A DNA stretch of 32,000 nt from Coprobacillaceae bacterium (GCA_963675915.1 OY780959.1:1800001-1832000), one strand, 5' to 3'. Shown: positions 7,661-25,289, counted from the first letter of the stretch. The notes: a model not told the origin generated them from the letters alone. Translations and numbers: made by a program.

Positions 7661-9277
7661 TTAACCTAAGTATTCTTCAAAATTGGCTTTGATAACAGTA
7701 ACCTGAGGTCCGAAGATGATTTGTACTCCCTGACCTTTTTTGATCACTCCGGCCGCTCCGGTTTGTTTCAATACACCTTCATCAACCAGTTTGTCATCTT
7801 TAACCGTAATTCTAAGTCTTGTCGCACAACAGTCAACATCACTGATATTGTCACGACCTCCAAGACCTTTTTCCAACAGCACCGAAGTGTTATTTTCATT
7901 TGAACCAGTTTCCGTATTCTTAGACCCTGATCCCACCGATGTGTTCATTCCGGTTTTCTTGTCAAAATCCGCACGGTTGTAAAGTTTTGTTTCTTGTGAA
8001 TCATCCTCACGCCCTGGAGTTTTCAAATTGAACTTCGAAATCATGAATTTGAACAGGAAATAGTATACTGCAAAGTATCCGATTCCTACCAAAGGAACGA
8101 AAATCCAATTGGTTTTGGCGTTACCTTGAAGGATCCCAAACAGGAACAAGTCAATAATCCCTCCTGAGAAAGTCATCCCGACACCGACATTGAAAACATG
8201 CATTAACATGTATGACAAGCCAGCCAAAACACAGTGCATTGCATAAAGCAACGGTGCTACAAACAGGAATGTGAATTCGATTGGCTCAGTTATTCCGGTA
8301 AGCATTGAAGTTAGGGCAGCCGATAAAAGCAGTCCTCCGACAACATTGCGTTTTTCTTTTTTAGCTGATTGATACATCGCCAGAGCCGCTCCCGGTAATC
8401 CGAAAATCATGAATGGGAATTTCCCGGCCATAAATCTGGTTGCTTCAACTGTAAATTGAGTTGTATCCGATGACGCCAATTGAGCAAAGAAGATATTTTG
8501 TGCTCCCTCAATCAATTGTCCATCAACCATGAATGTCCCACCGACTCCTGTTTGCCAGAATGGAAGGTAGAAGACATGGTGCAATCCAAATGGAATCAAT
8601 GCTCTTTCAATGATTCCGTAAATCAAAGTACCCAGATATCCGGTACCGCGAACCAAATCACCAAGAGAGTAAATCGCTGACTGGATAAATGGCCAAACAA
8701 AATACATTGCAACTCCGACAATTAAATATGTTGCAGCTGAAACGATTGGTACAAATCTGGTCCCTCCAAAGAAAGAAAGAACCTGAGGTAATTGAATTTT
8801 ATAATATTTATTATGCAGGCTCGCAACACCAAGACCAACTATGATCCCACCGAAGACCCCCATTTGCAATGTCTCAATCCCGACTGTTGAAGTAACTGAT
8901 CCATCAGGCAAAGATGCGAATCCACCTGTGATCGTACCCATTGTGTTGATTGCAGTATGCATTACAAAGAACGCAATCGCCGCAGCCAAGGCAGCTACTG
9001 ATTTTTCAGTTTTAGCCATCCCGATAGCTACACCCATCGCAAAAATAATTGGAAGATTTCCAAAAATGATATCTCCACAGTTTGACATAACTGTCAGTAA
9101 AGCATGAAGGATTGTTCCCTCTCCAAGAACACCTTCCAAATGATAAGCTGAGATCATTGTCGCATTAGTAAATGATCCCCCGATACCAAGCAATAATCCG
9201 GCAACCGGAAGAATTGCGATTGGTAACATGAAACTACGTCCTACTCGCTGTAAGACCGCAAAAGATTTGTCTTTCAT
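7661..9277 (-). CDS. ptsG: PTS glucose/N-acetylglucosamine-family EIICB component
   Basis: 538 aa. N-terminus MKDKSFAVLQRVGRSFMLPIAILPVAGLLLGIGG, a polytopic EIIC, and a C-terminal EIIB with the phospho-Cys motif DVDCCATRLRITVKD. Confidence 0.9.
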   Translation of the reverse strand: MKDKSFAVLQRVGRSFMLPIAILPVAGLLLGIGGSFTNATMISAYHLEGVLGEGTILHALLTVMSNCGDIIFGNLPIIFAMGVAIGMAKTEKSVAALAAAIAFFVMHTAINTMGTITGGFASLPDGSVTSTVGIETLQMGVFGGIIVGLGVASLHNKYYKIQLPQVLSFFGGTRFVPIVSAATYLIVGVAMYFVWPFIQSAIYSLGDLVRGTGYLGTLIYGIIERALIPFGLHHVFYLPFWQTGVGGTFMVDGQLIEGAQNIFFAQLASSDTTQFTVEATRFMAGKFPFMIFGLPGAALAMYQSAKKEKRNVVGGLLLSAALTSMLTGITEPIEFTFLFVAPLLYAMHCVLAGLSYMLMHVFNVGVGMTFSGGIIDLFLFGILQGNAKTNWIFVPLVGIGYFAVYYFLFKFMISKFNLKTPGREDDSQETKLYNRADFDKKTGMNTSVGSGSKNTETGSNENNTSVLLEKGLGGRDNISDVDCCATRLRITVKDDKLVDEGVLKQTGAAGVIKKGQGVQIIFGPQVTVIKANFEEYLG

Positions 9278-9336
9278 AATCTATTCTGTCTACTCCTAAT
9301 TGATAATTTTAAGCAGCCACTTACCCTGGGCCCAAA

Positions 9337-9400
9337 TAAAAAAAGCATTAACCACCTAAAAAAGCACGCAAAAAATGCAACTTTTTTAAATAGTTAATGC
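9337..9400 (-). terminator. Leader terminator of the ptsG operon (conditional, overlaps the RAT)
   Basis: The minus strand reads gcattaactatttaaaaaag ... cttttttaggtggttaatgc (~20 bp stem including G-U pairs), followed by ttttttta. Confidence 0.75.
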
Positions 9401-9420
9401 CTGATTAAACAGTAACACGC
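9393..9420 (-). promoter_or_regulatory. RAT (ribonucleic antiterminator) element, ptsG/GlcT type
   Basis: The minus strand reads GCGTGTTACTGTTTAATCAGGCATTAAC. It shares CGTGTTACTG and ATCAGGCAT with the B. subtilis ptsG RAT as I recall it. Its last 8 nt form the 5' arm of the terminator. Confidence 0.8.
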
Positions 9421-9434
9421 TACTTACTCGAAAC

Positions 9435-9463
9435 ATATTACCCTATCCTAACGACAAAGTCAA
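9435..9463 (-). promoter_or_regulatory. Sigma-A promoter of the ptsG operon
   Basis: The minus strand reads TTGACT (9463-9458), a 17 nt spacer, then TAATAT (9440-9435), about 15 nt upstream of the RAT. Confidence 0.65.
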
Positions 9464-9630
9464 TGGAATTTGACCGAAAGAAACTACCCAATATTAGAGC
9501 TATTTACCATAATTATCCATAATTATGTAATAATGAGTTCATCCCCACGGGCTATATTATAGGTGTAAGGTGAATACCTTATCTCTCTCCCTAATAATGA
9601 ATTATAGACTATAAAACTCTCTTCCTAAAA

Positions 9631-9658
9631 GGATCCGCTGTGGCGGGTTCTTTTTTTT
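9631..9658. terminator. Bidirectional hairpin terminator (distal rrn terminator; plus-strand T8)
   Basis: ggatccgc-tgtg-gcgggttc is flanked by aaaa upstream and T8 downstream, so it has a U-tract in both orientations. Confidence 0.75.
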
Positions 9659-9673
9659 GCTTCTTTTCGGGTA

Positions 9674-9699
9674 AACAAAAAGAGGAACTTTCGTTCCTC
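9674..9699 (-). terminator. Proximal terminator of rrn operon 1
   Basis: The minus strand reads gaggaac-gaaa-gttcctc followed by tttttgttt, about 10 nt after the 5S 3' end. Confidence 0.8.
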
Positions 9700-9707
9700 C
9701 TTGCTAA

Positions 9708-9816
9708 ACTGGCAACTTGCTATTGTCACGCTAACGCACTATCTTCGCCGTTATGATGCTTAACTTCTGTGTTCGAGATGGGTACAGGTGTGTCCATCAT
9801 GCCATCGTTACCAGAT
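9708..9816 (-). rRNA. rrf: 5S ribosomal RNA
   Basis: The reverse complement reads tctggtaacgatggcatgatggacacacctgtacccatctcgaacacagaagttaagc...gttgccag. It has the conserved CCGAACAC-like and GAAGTTAAGC blocks, and the terminal helix pairs. Confidence 0.9.
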
Positions 9817-9832
9817 TATCGAGTTTTCCTTA

Positions 9833-9859
9833 GATCACTCAAAACTAGATAATAATCGA
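9833..9859 (-). other. 23S processing-stem arm (3' side); pairs with 12935-12961
   Basis: gatcactcaaaactagataataatcga in the 23S-5S spacer is near-complementary on the transcript to tcgattattatccagttttcaatgatc in the ITS. Confidence 0.6.
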
Positions 9860-9880
9860 CTTTGTTGTCTTTGTCCAATT

Positions 9881-12779
<2,899 letters not shown>

Positions 12780-13054
12780 TATTGGTGTTTGATTAAACTT
12801 TTACTGTTGTAAAATTTTAGTTTTTTCTTAGTTTTTTTTCGACTTTTTCTAGAAAGACCACATAAATTAATTAATTAAATCTATCTGGTTATAAATTTTG
12901 GAAATTTTCATTTCCTCGATCTCTTTTCTATCTTTCGATTATTATCCAGTTTTCAATGATCTTTGAGTAAATCTCAGTTCACTCAAAACTAAACAGAATT
13001 TCTTAACAACACTTCTTGTTTTTGTTCAACCGGGGTGGTTGAACGGTTCTCCTT
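12780..13054 (-). other. 16S-23S internal transcribed spacer without tRNA genes
   Basis: 275 bp, very AT-rich, with no T-loop or acceptor pattern. It contains a boxA-like gatcattgaaaactgg (rc of 12947-12963) and the 16S stem arm 12985-13000. Confidence 0.8.
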
Positions 13055-14580
<1,526 letters not shown>

Positions 14581-14657
14581 GTTTATTGTACAAACAATTG
14601 TGTTTGTTTAGCTCTTAATTTACTTTATATTCCTTAAGAATATTGACGTGTGTTTTT

Positions 14658-14684
14658 AATTCTGTTTAGTTTTCAATGAACTGT
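14658..14684 (-). promoter_or_regulatory. rrn leader: boxA-like antitermination motif and 5' arm of the 16S processing stem
   Basis: The minus strand reads cagttcattgaaaactaaacagaatt. The 16 nt aaaactaaacagaatt is exactly complementary on the transcript to ITS 12985-13000. Confidence 0.6.
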
Positions 14685-14707
14685 GGCCCGCTTGAGCCGA
14701 CTTGATT

Positions 14708-14736
14708 ATCTTACATCATTTACCCTTGAGAGTCAA
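14708..14736 (-). promoter_or_regulatory. rrn operon 1 promoter P2
   Basis: The minus strand reads TTGACT (14736-14731), 17 nt, then TAAGAT (14713-14708). Confidence 0.7.
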
Positions 14737-14810
14737 CAGTTTTTTTCAACTTTTTGATTCTCTTGATTCCTGATGTTTTCTTTGGCGCCGCTTCTTTTTG
14801 GCGCTCAATC

Positions 14811-14839
14811 AATATACCACTTATCCCCTTCCTTGACAA
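14811..14839 (-). promoter_or_regulatory. rrn operon 1 promoter P1 (tandem upstream promoter)
   Basis: The minus strand reads TTGTCA (14839-14834), 17 nt, then TATATT (14816-14811). Both hexamers are conserved in copy 2 although the spacer differs at 2 positions. Confidence 0.55.
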
Positions 14840-14938
14840 CCCTTTTTTGCCACTTTTTCATCCCAAAAAAACCGGTCGTCAATTACCTCGATTACATCGG
14901 GATAATTTGATTTTAGGTATTAAAATATTTTTGAAAAC

Positions 14939-14968
14939 TTGACGGTGTCCGGGTGATTTTCATATAAT
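14939..14968 (+). promoter_or_regulatory. Promoter of the oxidoreductase gene
   Basis: TTGACG (14939-14944), 18 nt, then TATAAT (14963-14968). Confidence 0.6.
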
Positions 14969-14985
14969 TAATTGAGGTGATCAAT

Positions 14986-15942
14986 ATGATAAGATACGGA
15001 ATAATCAGTACCGCTTCAATCGTTTCACGATTTGTGGCGGGAATTAACGAAAGCAAGAACGGAAAAGTTCAGGCTATCGCATCAAGAAGTCTTGAAAAGG
15101 CCCGCGAGGCAGCTGCCAAAATGGACATCAAAAATTACTATGGCAGCTACGAGGAACTGTACCAGGACGCTGATATCGACGTGGTCTACATCCCGACAGT
15201 CAACGGACTCCATTATCGCGACTGCAAAGCCGCGCTGCAGCATCACAAAAACGTGATTGTTGAAAAACCATTTGTCATGACTGAAGCACAGGCCCGGGAA
15301 CTTTTTGATTTAGCCTTGGAGAACAGATGTTTTCTGATGGAAGCTCAAAAAGCAGTCCATCTACCGGTCACTAAAAAAATCAAAGAGCTGCTTGGTGCTA
15401 ATGTTATCGGCCCAGTAAAATACGCCGAATTCAAGGCCGGTTTTCCCGGGAGATTCACTTATGATCACTGGATGTACGATTTAGCGATGGGAGGCGGGGC
15501 CCTATACGGCAGTGCCACCTATACGATAGAATATCTTCAGTATCTTTTAGATGAACCTAATTTCGAAATTGACGGCACGTGCATCAAATGTCCCACCGGA
15601 GCTGATGAAATCTGTAATTTTCAGCTGACCATTGATAATAACATCCTGGTTTCATCAACCATTGCCATGAATGTCCCTTTGGTCAACGAAGCAGTCTTCT
15701 ACGGGGACAAGGGATACCTCACCGTACCCAACTACTGGAAATCAGACCGACTGACGGTCACCCTTTATGAGGGGACCAGCGAAACATATGAGTTCCCTTT
15801 TGAAAGTGAATTTGTATACGAAGTCGATCATATCAACGAATGCATCGAGGCTGGACTGTTGGAAAGCACGGTAATGACCAGCGCCAAAACCATTGAAGCA
15901 GTCAAACTAGTCGAATCATTATATCGCAAGTGGACCAAGTGA
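14986..15942 (+). CDS. Gfo/Idh/MocA-family NAD(P)-dependent oxidoreductase
   Basis: N-terminal Rossmann fold MIRYGIISTASIV...VQAIASRS...VYIPT...HY...EKPF. ATG 14986 follows GAGGTGA by 5 nt; the track start at 14977 is a GTG inside that RBS. Confidence 0.85.
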   Translation: MIRYGIISTASIVSRFVAGINESKNGKVQAIASRSLEKAREAAAKMDIKNYYGSYEELYQDADIDVVYIPTVNGLHYRDCKAALQHHKNVIVEKPFVMTEAQARELFDLALENRCFLMEAQKAVHLPVTKKIKELLGANVIGPVKYAEFKAGFPGRFTYDHWMYDLAMGGGALYGSATYTIEYLQYLLDEPNFEIDGTCIKCPTGADEICNFQLTIDNNILVSSTIAMNVPLVNEAVFYGDKGYLTVPNYWKSDRLTVTLYEGTSETYEFPFESEFVYEVDHINECIEAGLLESTVMTSAKTIEAVKLVESLYRKWTK

Positions 15943-16082
15943 ATTTTCTCAATCATTACCATAATTATCCATAATTATGTAATAATGAGTTCATCCCCAC
16001 GGGCTATATTATACCTGTAAGGTGAATACCTTATCTCTCTCCCTAATAATGAATTATAAACTATAAAACTCTCTTCCTAAAA

Positions 16083-16110
16083 GAATCCGCTGTGGCGGGT
16101 TCTTTTTTTT
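16083..16110. terminator. Bidirectional terminator: ends the oxidoreductase transcript and backs up rrn operon 2
   Basis: gaatccgc-tgtg-gcgggttc followed by T8. The G-to-A change relative to copy 1 turns a G-U pair into an A-U pair. Confidence 0.75.
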
Positions 16111-16125
16111 GCTTCTTTTCGGGTA

Positions 16126-16151
16126 AACAAAAAGAGGAACTTTCGTTCCTC
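16126..16151 (-). terminator. Proximal terminator of rrn operon 2
   Basis: Identical to 9674-9699. Confidence 0.8.
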
Positions 16152-16159
16152 CTTGCTAA

Positions 16160-16268
16160 ACTGGCAACTTGCTATTGTCACGCTAACGCACTATCTTCGC
16201 CGTTATGATGCTTAACTTCTGTGTTCGAGATGGGTACAGGTGTGTCCATCATGCCATCGTTACCAGAT
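16160..16268 (-). rRNA. rrf: 5S ribosomal RNA (copy 2)
   Basis: Identical to 9708-9816. Confidence 0.9.
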
Positions 16269-16332
16269 TATCGAGTTTTCCTTAGATCACTCAAAACTAG
16301 ATAATAATCGACTTTGTTGTCTTTGTCCAATT

Positions 16333-19231
<2,899 letters not shown>

Positions 19232-19506
19232 TATTGGTGTTTGATTAAACTTTTACTGTTGTAAAATTTTAGTTTTTTCTTAGTTTTTTTTCGACTTTTT
19301 CTAGAAAGACCACATAAATTAATTAATTAAATCTATCTGGTTATAAATTTTGGAAATTTTCATTTCCTCGATCTCTTTTCTATCTTTCGATTATTATCCA
19401 GTTTTCAATGATCTTTGAGTAAATCTCAGTTCACTCAAAACTAAACAGAATTTCTTAACAACACTTCTTGTTTTTGTTCAACCGGGGTGGTTGAACGGTT
19501 CTCCTT

Positions 19507-21032
<1,526 letters not shown>

Positions 21033-21159
21033 GTTTATTGTACAAACAATTGTGTTTGTTTAGCTCTTAATTTACTTTATATTCCTTAAGAATATTGACG
21101 TGTGTTTTTAATTCTGTTTAGTTTTCAATGAACTGTGGCCCTCTTGAGCCGACTTGATT

Positions 21160-21188
21160 ATCTTACATCATTTACCCTTGAGAGTCAA
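21160..21188 (-). promoter_or_regulatory. rrn operon 2 promoter P2
   Basis: The same TTGACT-17-TAAGAT as copy 1. Confidence 0.7.
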
Positions 21189-21262
21189 CAGTTTTTTTCA
21201 ACTTTTTCATTCTCTTGATTCCTGATGTTTTCTTTGGCGCCGCTTCTTTTTGGCGCTCAATC

Positions 21263-21291
21263 AATATACCACTTATCCCCTCCTTTGACAA
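21263..21291 (-). promoter_or_regulatory. rrn operon 2 promoter P1
   Basis: TTGTCA-17-TATATT is conserved. Confidence 0.55.
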
Positions 21292-21375
21292 CTCTTTTTT
21301 GCCACTTTTTTCTTGTCCGGTTTTACCCTGAATTTTCCCTATCCTATTAATACACCAAAAATCACGTCGTATCAA

Positions 21376-21404
21376 TTGCTTAAAAAAGCGATTTTGGTTA
21401 AGAT
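21376..21404 (+). promoter_or_regulatory. Promoter of the carboxypeptidase gene
   Basis: TTGCTT, 17 nt, then TAAGAT. The RBS AAGGAAGG lies 8 nt before the ATG. Confidence 0.55.
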
Positions 21405-21428
21405 GGTTTTATAAGGAAGGTATACAAG

Positions 21429-22934
21429 ATGAAAACAAATGAAACATATAAATTATTTTTGGAACAGCAGGAATTGATAAATGCCTATGAACAGCTTATT
21501 CAAACTGCCCAATTTGACAAGATGACTATCGCTCCGGAAAAAGGACAAGCGACCGCCGCTAAGCGGATCGCCTTGGTTTCCGGAGAATATTTCAAGATTT
21601 TGACTTCTAAGGAATATCTCGAACTGGTAAATGAGCTCTATAAAGAGCGCGCGGAACTGGATCCAGCCCAGCAGCGGATCATCGAGTTGACCCACAAGGA
21701 ACTAAACCGGCTTAAAAATATCCCCGAAGAAGAGTACGTCGCTTACGTGAATCTTTGCGGAGACAGTGAAATCGCCTGGCAAAAAGCAAAAAAAGCCAGC
21801 GACTATTCAATTTTCGAACCATATTTGAAAAAAGTGATTGAGTTTCAAAAGCGTTTTGCTTATTATCGCGACCCTAAATCATTGCCCTACAATCTTTTTC
21901 TCGATGATTTTGAAGAGGGCATGACAATCGAAAAATACGATCAGTTCTTCACCAAAATCAAGACCGAACTGGTCCCTTTGATAAAAAAAGTTGCCACCAA
22001 AAGCGGGATGTTCGATACTACGAAAGTTACCAACGGATCATTCTCAATCGAAAAACAGACCAAAGTCATGGAATTGCTGAAAGATTATCTGGAATTCGAC
22101 CAATCCTGGGGCTATATGGCTACTTCGGCCCATCCCTTCACTTCCGGTTTCAACAACGACGATATCCGAATCACCACAGCTTACGATAAAAACAACCTGG
22201 CATCCGCAATTTTCTCAATCATTCATGAAATCGGACACGCCACTTTGGAACACCACGTGGCCGAGAGATATGACGGAACCGCCATTAAAAGTGATATCAC
22301 ATCAGCTATCCACGAATCGCAGTCGCGCCTGTTCGAGAACAACCTCGGTCGTTCCTTCGCTTTTTGGCAATTCAATTTCCCGAAAATCAAGGAAATCTTC
22401 AAAGAGGAGCTCGAGGAAGTCTCTCCTACACAGTTCCACCAGATCATCAATTTCTCAAAACCGTCGTTTATCCGCACCGAAGCCGATGAACTCACTTATC
22501 CAATTCATATCTTGATCCGATATGAGATCGAAAAGGGGATTTTCGACGGATCAATTGAACTTGACCAGCTACGAGATGTCTGGAACCAAAAATATTTTGA
22601 TCACCTGGGAATCGAAGTTACCGAAGATGCTCAAGGCATCCTCCAGGATATTCATTGGTCAGATGGATCTTTTGGGTATTTCCCAACTTATGCCCTCGGT
22701 TCGGCCTACAGCGCCCAAATCATCAATACAATGAAACAAAATCTCGACCTTGATGCTCTTCTTGCCAACGGTGACTTCCATAAAATCAATAATTGGCTCA
22801 AAGAAAATATCCATCAATACGGAGCTCGCTACACTCCGGATCAATGGCTAAAAAAAATAACCGGGGAAGCTTTCAACCCCGATTATTACATCAATTATCT
22901 TAAAGAAAAATACACCACCCTATACGATTTATAA
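21429..22934 (+). CDS. Carboxypeptidase Taq-type metallopeptidase (family M32)
   Basis: 501 aa with HEIGHATLEH (HExxH), IHESQSRLFEN, and DIHWSDGSFGYFPTYALG. Confidence 0.9.
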   Translation: MKTNETYKLFLEQQELINAYEQLIQTAQFDKMTIAPEKGQATAAKRIALVSGEYFKILTSKEYLELVNELYKERAELDPAQQRIIELTHKELNRLKNIPEEEYVAYVNLCGDSEIAWQKAKKASDYSIFEPYLKKVIEFQKRFAYYRDPKSLPYNLFLDDFEEGMTIEKYDQFFTKIKTELVPLIKKVATKSGMFDTTKVTNGSFSIEKQTKVMELLKDYLEFDQSWGYMATSAHPFTSGFNNDDIRITTAYDKNNLASAIFSIIHEIGHATLEHHVAERYDGTAIKSDITSAIHESQSRLFENNLGRSFAFWQFNFPKIKEIFKEELEEVSPTQFHQIINFSKPSFIRTEADELTYPIHILIRYEIEKGIFDGSIELDQLRDVWNQKYFDHLGIEVTEDAQGILQDIHWSDGSFGYFPTYALGSAYSAQIINTMKQNLDLDALLANGDFHKINNWLKENIHQYGARYTPDQWLKKITGEAFNPDYYINYLKEKYTTLYDL

Positions 22935-22945
22935 CAAACTGATTC

Positions 22946-23398
22946 TTACTTGAGGAGTTCCTCGCTGTCAAGGATGATTGTCGTTGGACCGCTGTTAACG
23001 AGCGCCACATCCATCATCGCTCCAAACTTCCCGGTCGCGACCTCGATTCCCTTAAGTTCAAGTTGATTGTTGAAGTAATCATAAAGCGGTTTGGAAATAT
23101 CCGGTTTGGCGGCCTCCAGGAAAGATGGCCGCCTTCCTTTTTTACAATTCGCATATAATGTGAACTGGGAAATTGACAGGATACTTCCCCCGACATCCAA
23201 CAAAGATAGATTTAGTTTTTCGTTTTCATCTTCAAAAATCCGTAAATTGATGAGCTTGTTGATCATTTTGTCGACAATCTCCTGGCTGTCGTCATTGCAA
23301 AAACCAACCAGACACGTAAAACCCTCTTGAATTTTCCCGATTGTCTCCCCATTGACCGCAACACTGGCCTGAGAAACCCTTTGGACAACTATTCTCAT
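22946..23398 (-). CDS. dtd: D-aminoacyl-tRNA deacylase
   Basis: 150 aa: MRIVVQRVSQASVAV..., SQFTLYANCKKGRRPSF, GKFGAMMDVALVNSGPTTIILDS. Confidence 0.92.
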   Translation of the reverse strand: MRIVVQRVSQASVAVNGETIGKIQEGFTCLVGFCNDDSQEIVDKMINKLINLRIFEDENEKLNLSLLDVGGSILSISQFTLYANCKKGRRPSFLEAAKPDISKPLYDYFNNQLELKGIEVATGKFGAMMDVALVNSGPTTIILDSEELLK

Positions 23399-23463
23399 TT
23401 TATTCCCCCTGTTTTTTTGTTATAATTATACATAATATTCTATCAAATTCAAAGGAGCAATTC

Positions 23464-24735
23464 ATGGAACCTCTTGCTATAAAAATGCGACCGCAAACCC
23501 TGACTGATGTAATCGGACAAAAACACTTGGTTGGGGAAAACGGCTTGTTCACCAAATACGTAAAGAAAAATCACCCCTTGTCCACCATTCTATACGGCCC
23601 GCCCGGTTGCGGAAAGACCACCAGCGCAATCGCCCTTGCCAACGATTTGGAAATCCCCTACCGGATTTTCAACGCCTCTACCGGCAACAAAAAACAAATG
23701 GATATGATTATCGAAGAGGCTAAAATGACCGGCAGCCTGTTCATCATCATCGATGAAATCCATCGGCTGAACAAAGATAAACAGGATAATCTGCTGCCCC
23801 ATCTGGAGTCGGGACTGTTGATTGCAATCGGATGCACGACCGCCAATCCTTATCACTCAATCAATCCTGCCATCCGCTCAAGAATGCACATCGTCCAATT
23901 GGAGCCACTCCAGGACGACGATATCAAAACCGGACTTAGCCGGGCTTTGGAAATCGGATTCGAAAACAAATATGAAATTACTGAAGACGCCTTGGACAGC
24001 CTGGTCAGCCTTACCGGTGGAGATATCCGCTATGGTTACAACACCCTTGAACTGATTTCAATATCAATCGAGGGCACCCTGATTACCCCGGAATTGATCA
24101 AGTCACTTGTTCCTAGGGCCAATACAACTTATGATAAGGGCGAAGACAATTATTACGACACTCTTTCCGGATTCCAAAAATCAATCCGCGGCTCCGATGT
24201 CAATGGCGCCCTTTACTATTTGGCCAAACTGATTGAGGTCAATGATTTCCCCAGTTTGGAACGTCGGCTGATCACAATTGCCTATGAGGATATCGGCCTG
24301 GGCAATATCGAGGCCTGTGCCCGGACAGTTACTGCCCTGCAGGCAGCCAAGACAATCGGCTTTCCCGAAGCCAGAATCCCAATCGCTTCTGCCGTAATCG
24401 AACTGGCCCTGTCGCCAAAATCAAAATCATGCGAAGCTGCAATCGACGCCGCCCGAGGAGCTGTCAACAGCCAACAGGCACATACCCCCAGATATCTGCG
24501 TCTGACTCCCTACGGACTTAGCGAAGATGAAAAATACTCTTATGATCTGCATCAGACTTGGGAGTATCTCCAATATCTTCCCGAACAGTTCAAAGACGCC
24601 CAGTTCTACGTACCGTGGATAACCGGACCTTACGAAAAGAAACTGGCCGATAACTATCAGCGGATTCTCAACCACGGGCGGACCAATGACATTGTCAAAC
24701 TTAACCGCCGCTTCAAGAGGCGCAACAATGATTAG
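23464..24735 (+). CDS. rarA: Replication-associated recombination protein A (MgsA/RarA AAA+ ATPase)
   Basis: 423 aa. Walker A GPPGCGKTT, Walker B IIIDEIHRLNK, and the MgsA C-terminal domain (SIRGSDVNGALYYLA, IAYEDIGLGN). Confidence 0.9.
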   Translation: MEPLAIKMRPQTLTDVIGQKHLVGENGLFTKYVKKNHPLSTILYGPPGCGKTTSAIALANDLEIPYRIFNASTGNKKQMDMIIEEAKMTGSLFIIIDEIHRLNKDKQDNLLPHLESGLLIAIGCTTANPYHSINPAIRSRMHIVQLEPLQDDDIKTGLSRALEIGFENKYEITEDALDSLVSLTGGDIRYGYNTLELISISIEGTLITPELIKSLVPRANTTYDKGEDNYYDTLSGFQKSIRGSDVNGALYYLAKLIEVNDFPSLERRLITIAYEDIGLGNIEACARTVTALQAAKTIGFPEARIPIASAVIELALSPKSKSCEAAIDAARGAVNSQQAHTPRYLRLTPYGLSEDEKYSYDLHQTWEYLQYLPEQFKDAQFYVPWITGPYEKKLADNYQRILNHGRTNDIVKLNRRFKRRNND

Positions 24736-25261
24736 CTTTGAACTCAGCATTCTTGATGGAATCCAGGCTATTTTCCATTCATCCATCCTGGATACGCTGA
24801 TGCCCCTGATTACGAGTTTGGGCGATCATGGCATCATCCCGATCATTTTTTGCGCAATCCTGCTTGTCCTTCCGGCCTACCGCACCATGGGAATTCCCAT
24901 GGCAATAAGCATGGCTCTCTGTTTTATCGTGATCAACCTGACCCTAAAACCGCTGATCGGGCGGGAACGTCCCTTCACTTATCTGGACCTCCGGCTGTTA
25001 ATCAGCGCGCCAACCGACTATTCTTTCCCATCAGGACACAGTGGAATCCTGATGGCAGTCGCCGCTTCCCTGTTTTATTCCAAAGCAAGATACCGTCAGC
25101 TTGCAATAGTTGTCGCATTGATAGTCGCCTTTTCTAGACTGTATCTTTATGTCCACTTCCCCAGCGACGTCATTGCCGGGGCCATGATTGGATGGGTAGC
25201 GGGATATGGCGGTCATATAATTTATCTCAAACTAAAAAAAACAACTGCAACAGACTCCTGA
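24728..25261 (+). CDS. PAP2-family lipid phosphate phosphatase
   Basis: Has the three PAP2 motifs: KPLIGRERP, PSGHS, SRLYLYVHFPSDV. ATG 24728 overlaps the rarA stop (aATGAttag). The track start at 24686 lies inside rarA. Confidence 0.85.
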   Translation: MISFELSILDGIQAIFHSSILDTLMPLITSLGDHGIIPIIFCAILLVLPAYRTMGIPMAISMALCFIVINLTLKPLIGRERPFTYLDLRLLISAPTDYSFPSGHSGILMAVAASLFYSKARYRQLAIVVALIVAFSRLYLYVHFPSDVIAGAMIGWVAGYGGHIIYLKLKKTTATDS

Positions 25262-25289
25262 TATCCAGAGTCATTGCGTTGGTTTTTTA

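Noticed and set aside
9510-9540. ttatccataattatgtaataat resembles a DnaA box (TTATCCACA) and the XerD arm of a dif site (TTATGTAA).
   Set aside because: There is only one near-match for each and no cluster of boxes or proper 28-bp dif architecture. The sequence also occurs twice, once in each rrn repeat, which is incompatible with a unique oriC or dif.
12780-13054. I looked for tRNA genes in the ITS and downstream of 5S (9504-9707), where Bacillota often carry them.
   Set aside because: No acceptor-stem or T-loop (GTTCRANYC) pattern appears on either strand, and the spacers are too AT-rich and unstructured.
21172-21375. Lys-rich 67-aa minus-strand ORF upstream of rrn operon 2.
   Set aside because: It overlaps the rrn P1/P2 promoter region, has no RBS, and its left part is part of the rrn repeat. 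The corresponding frame in copy 1 is not maintained as an ORF.
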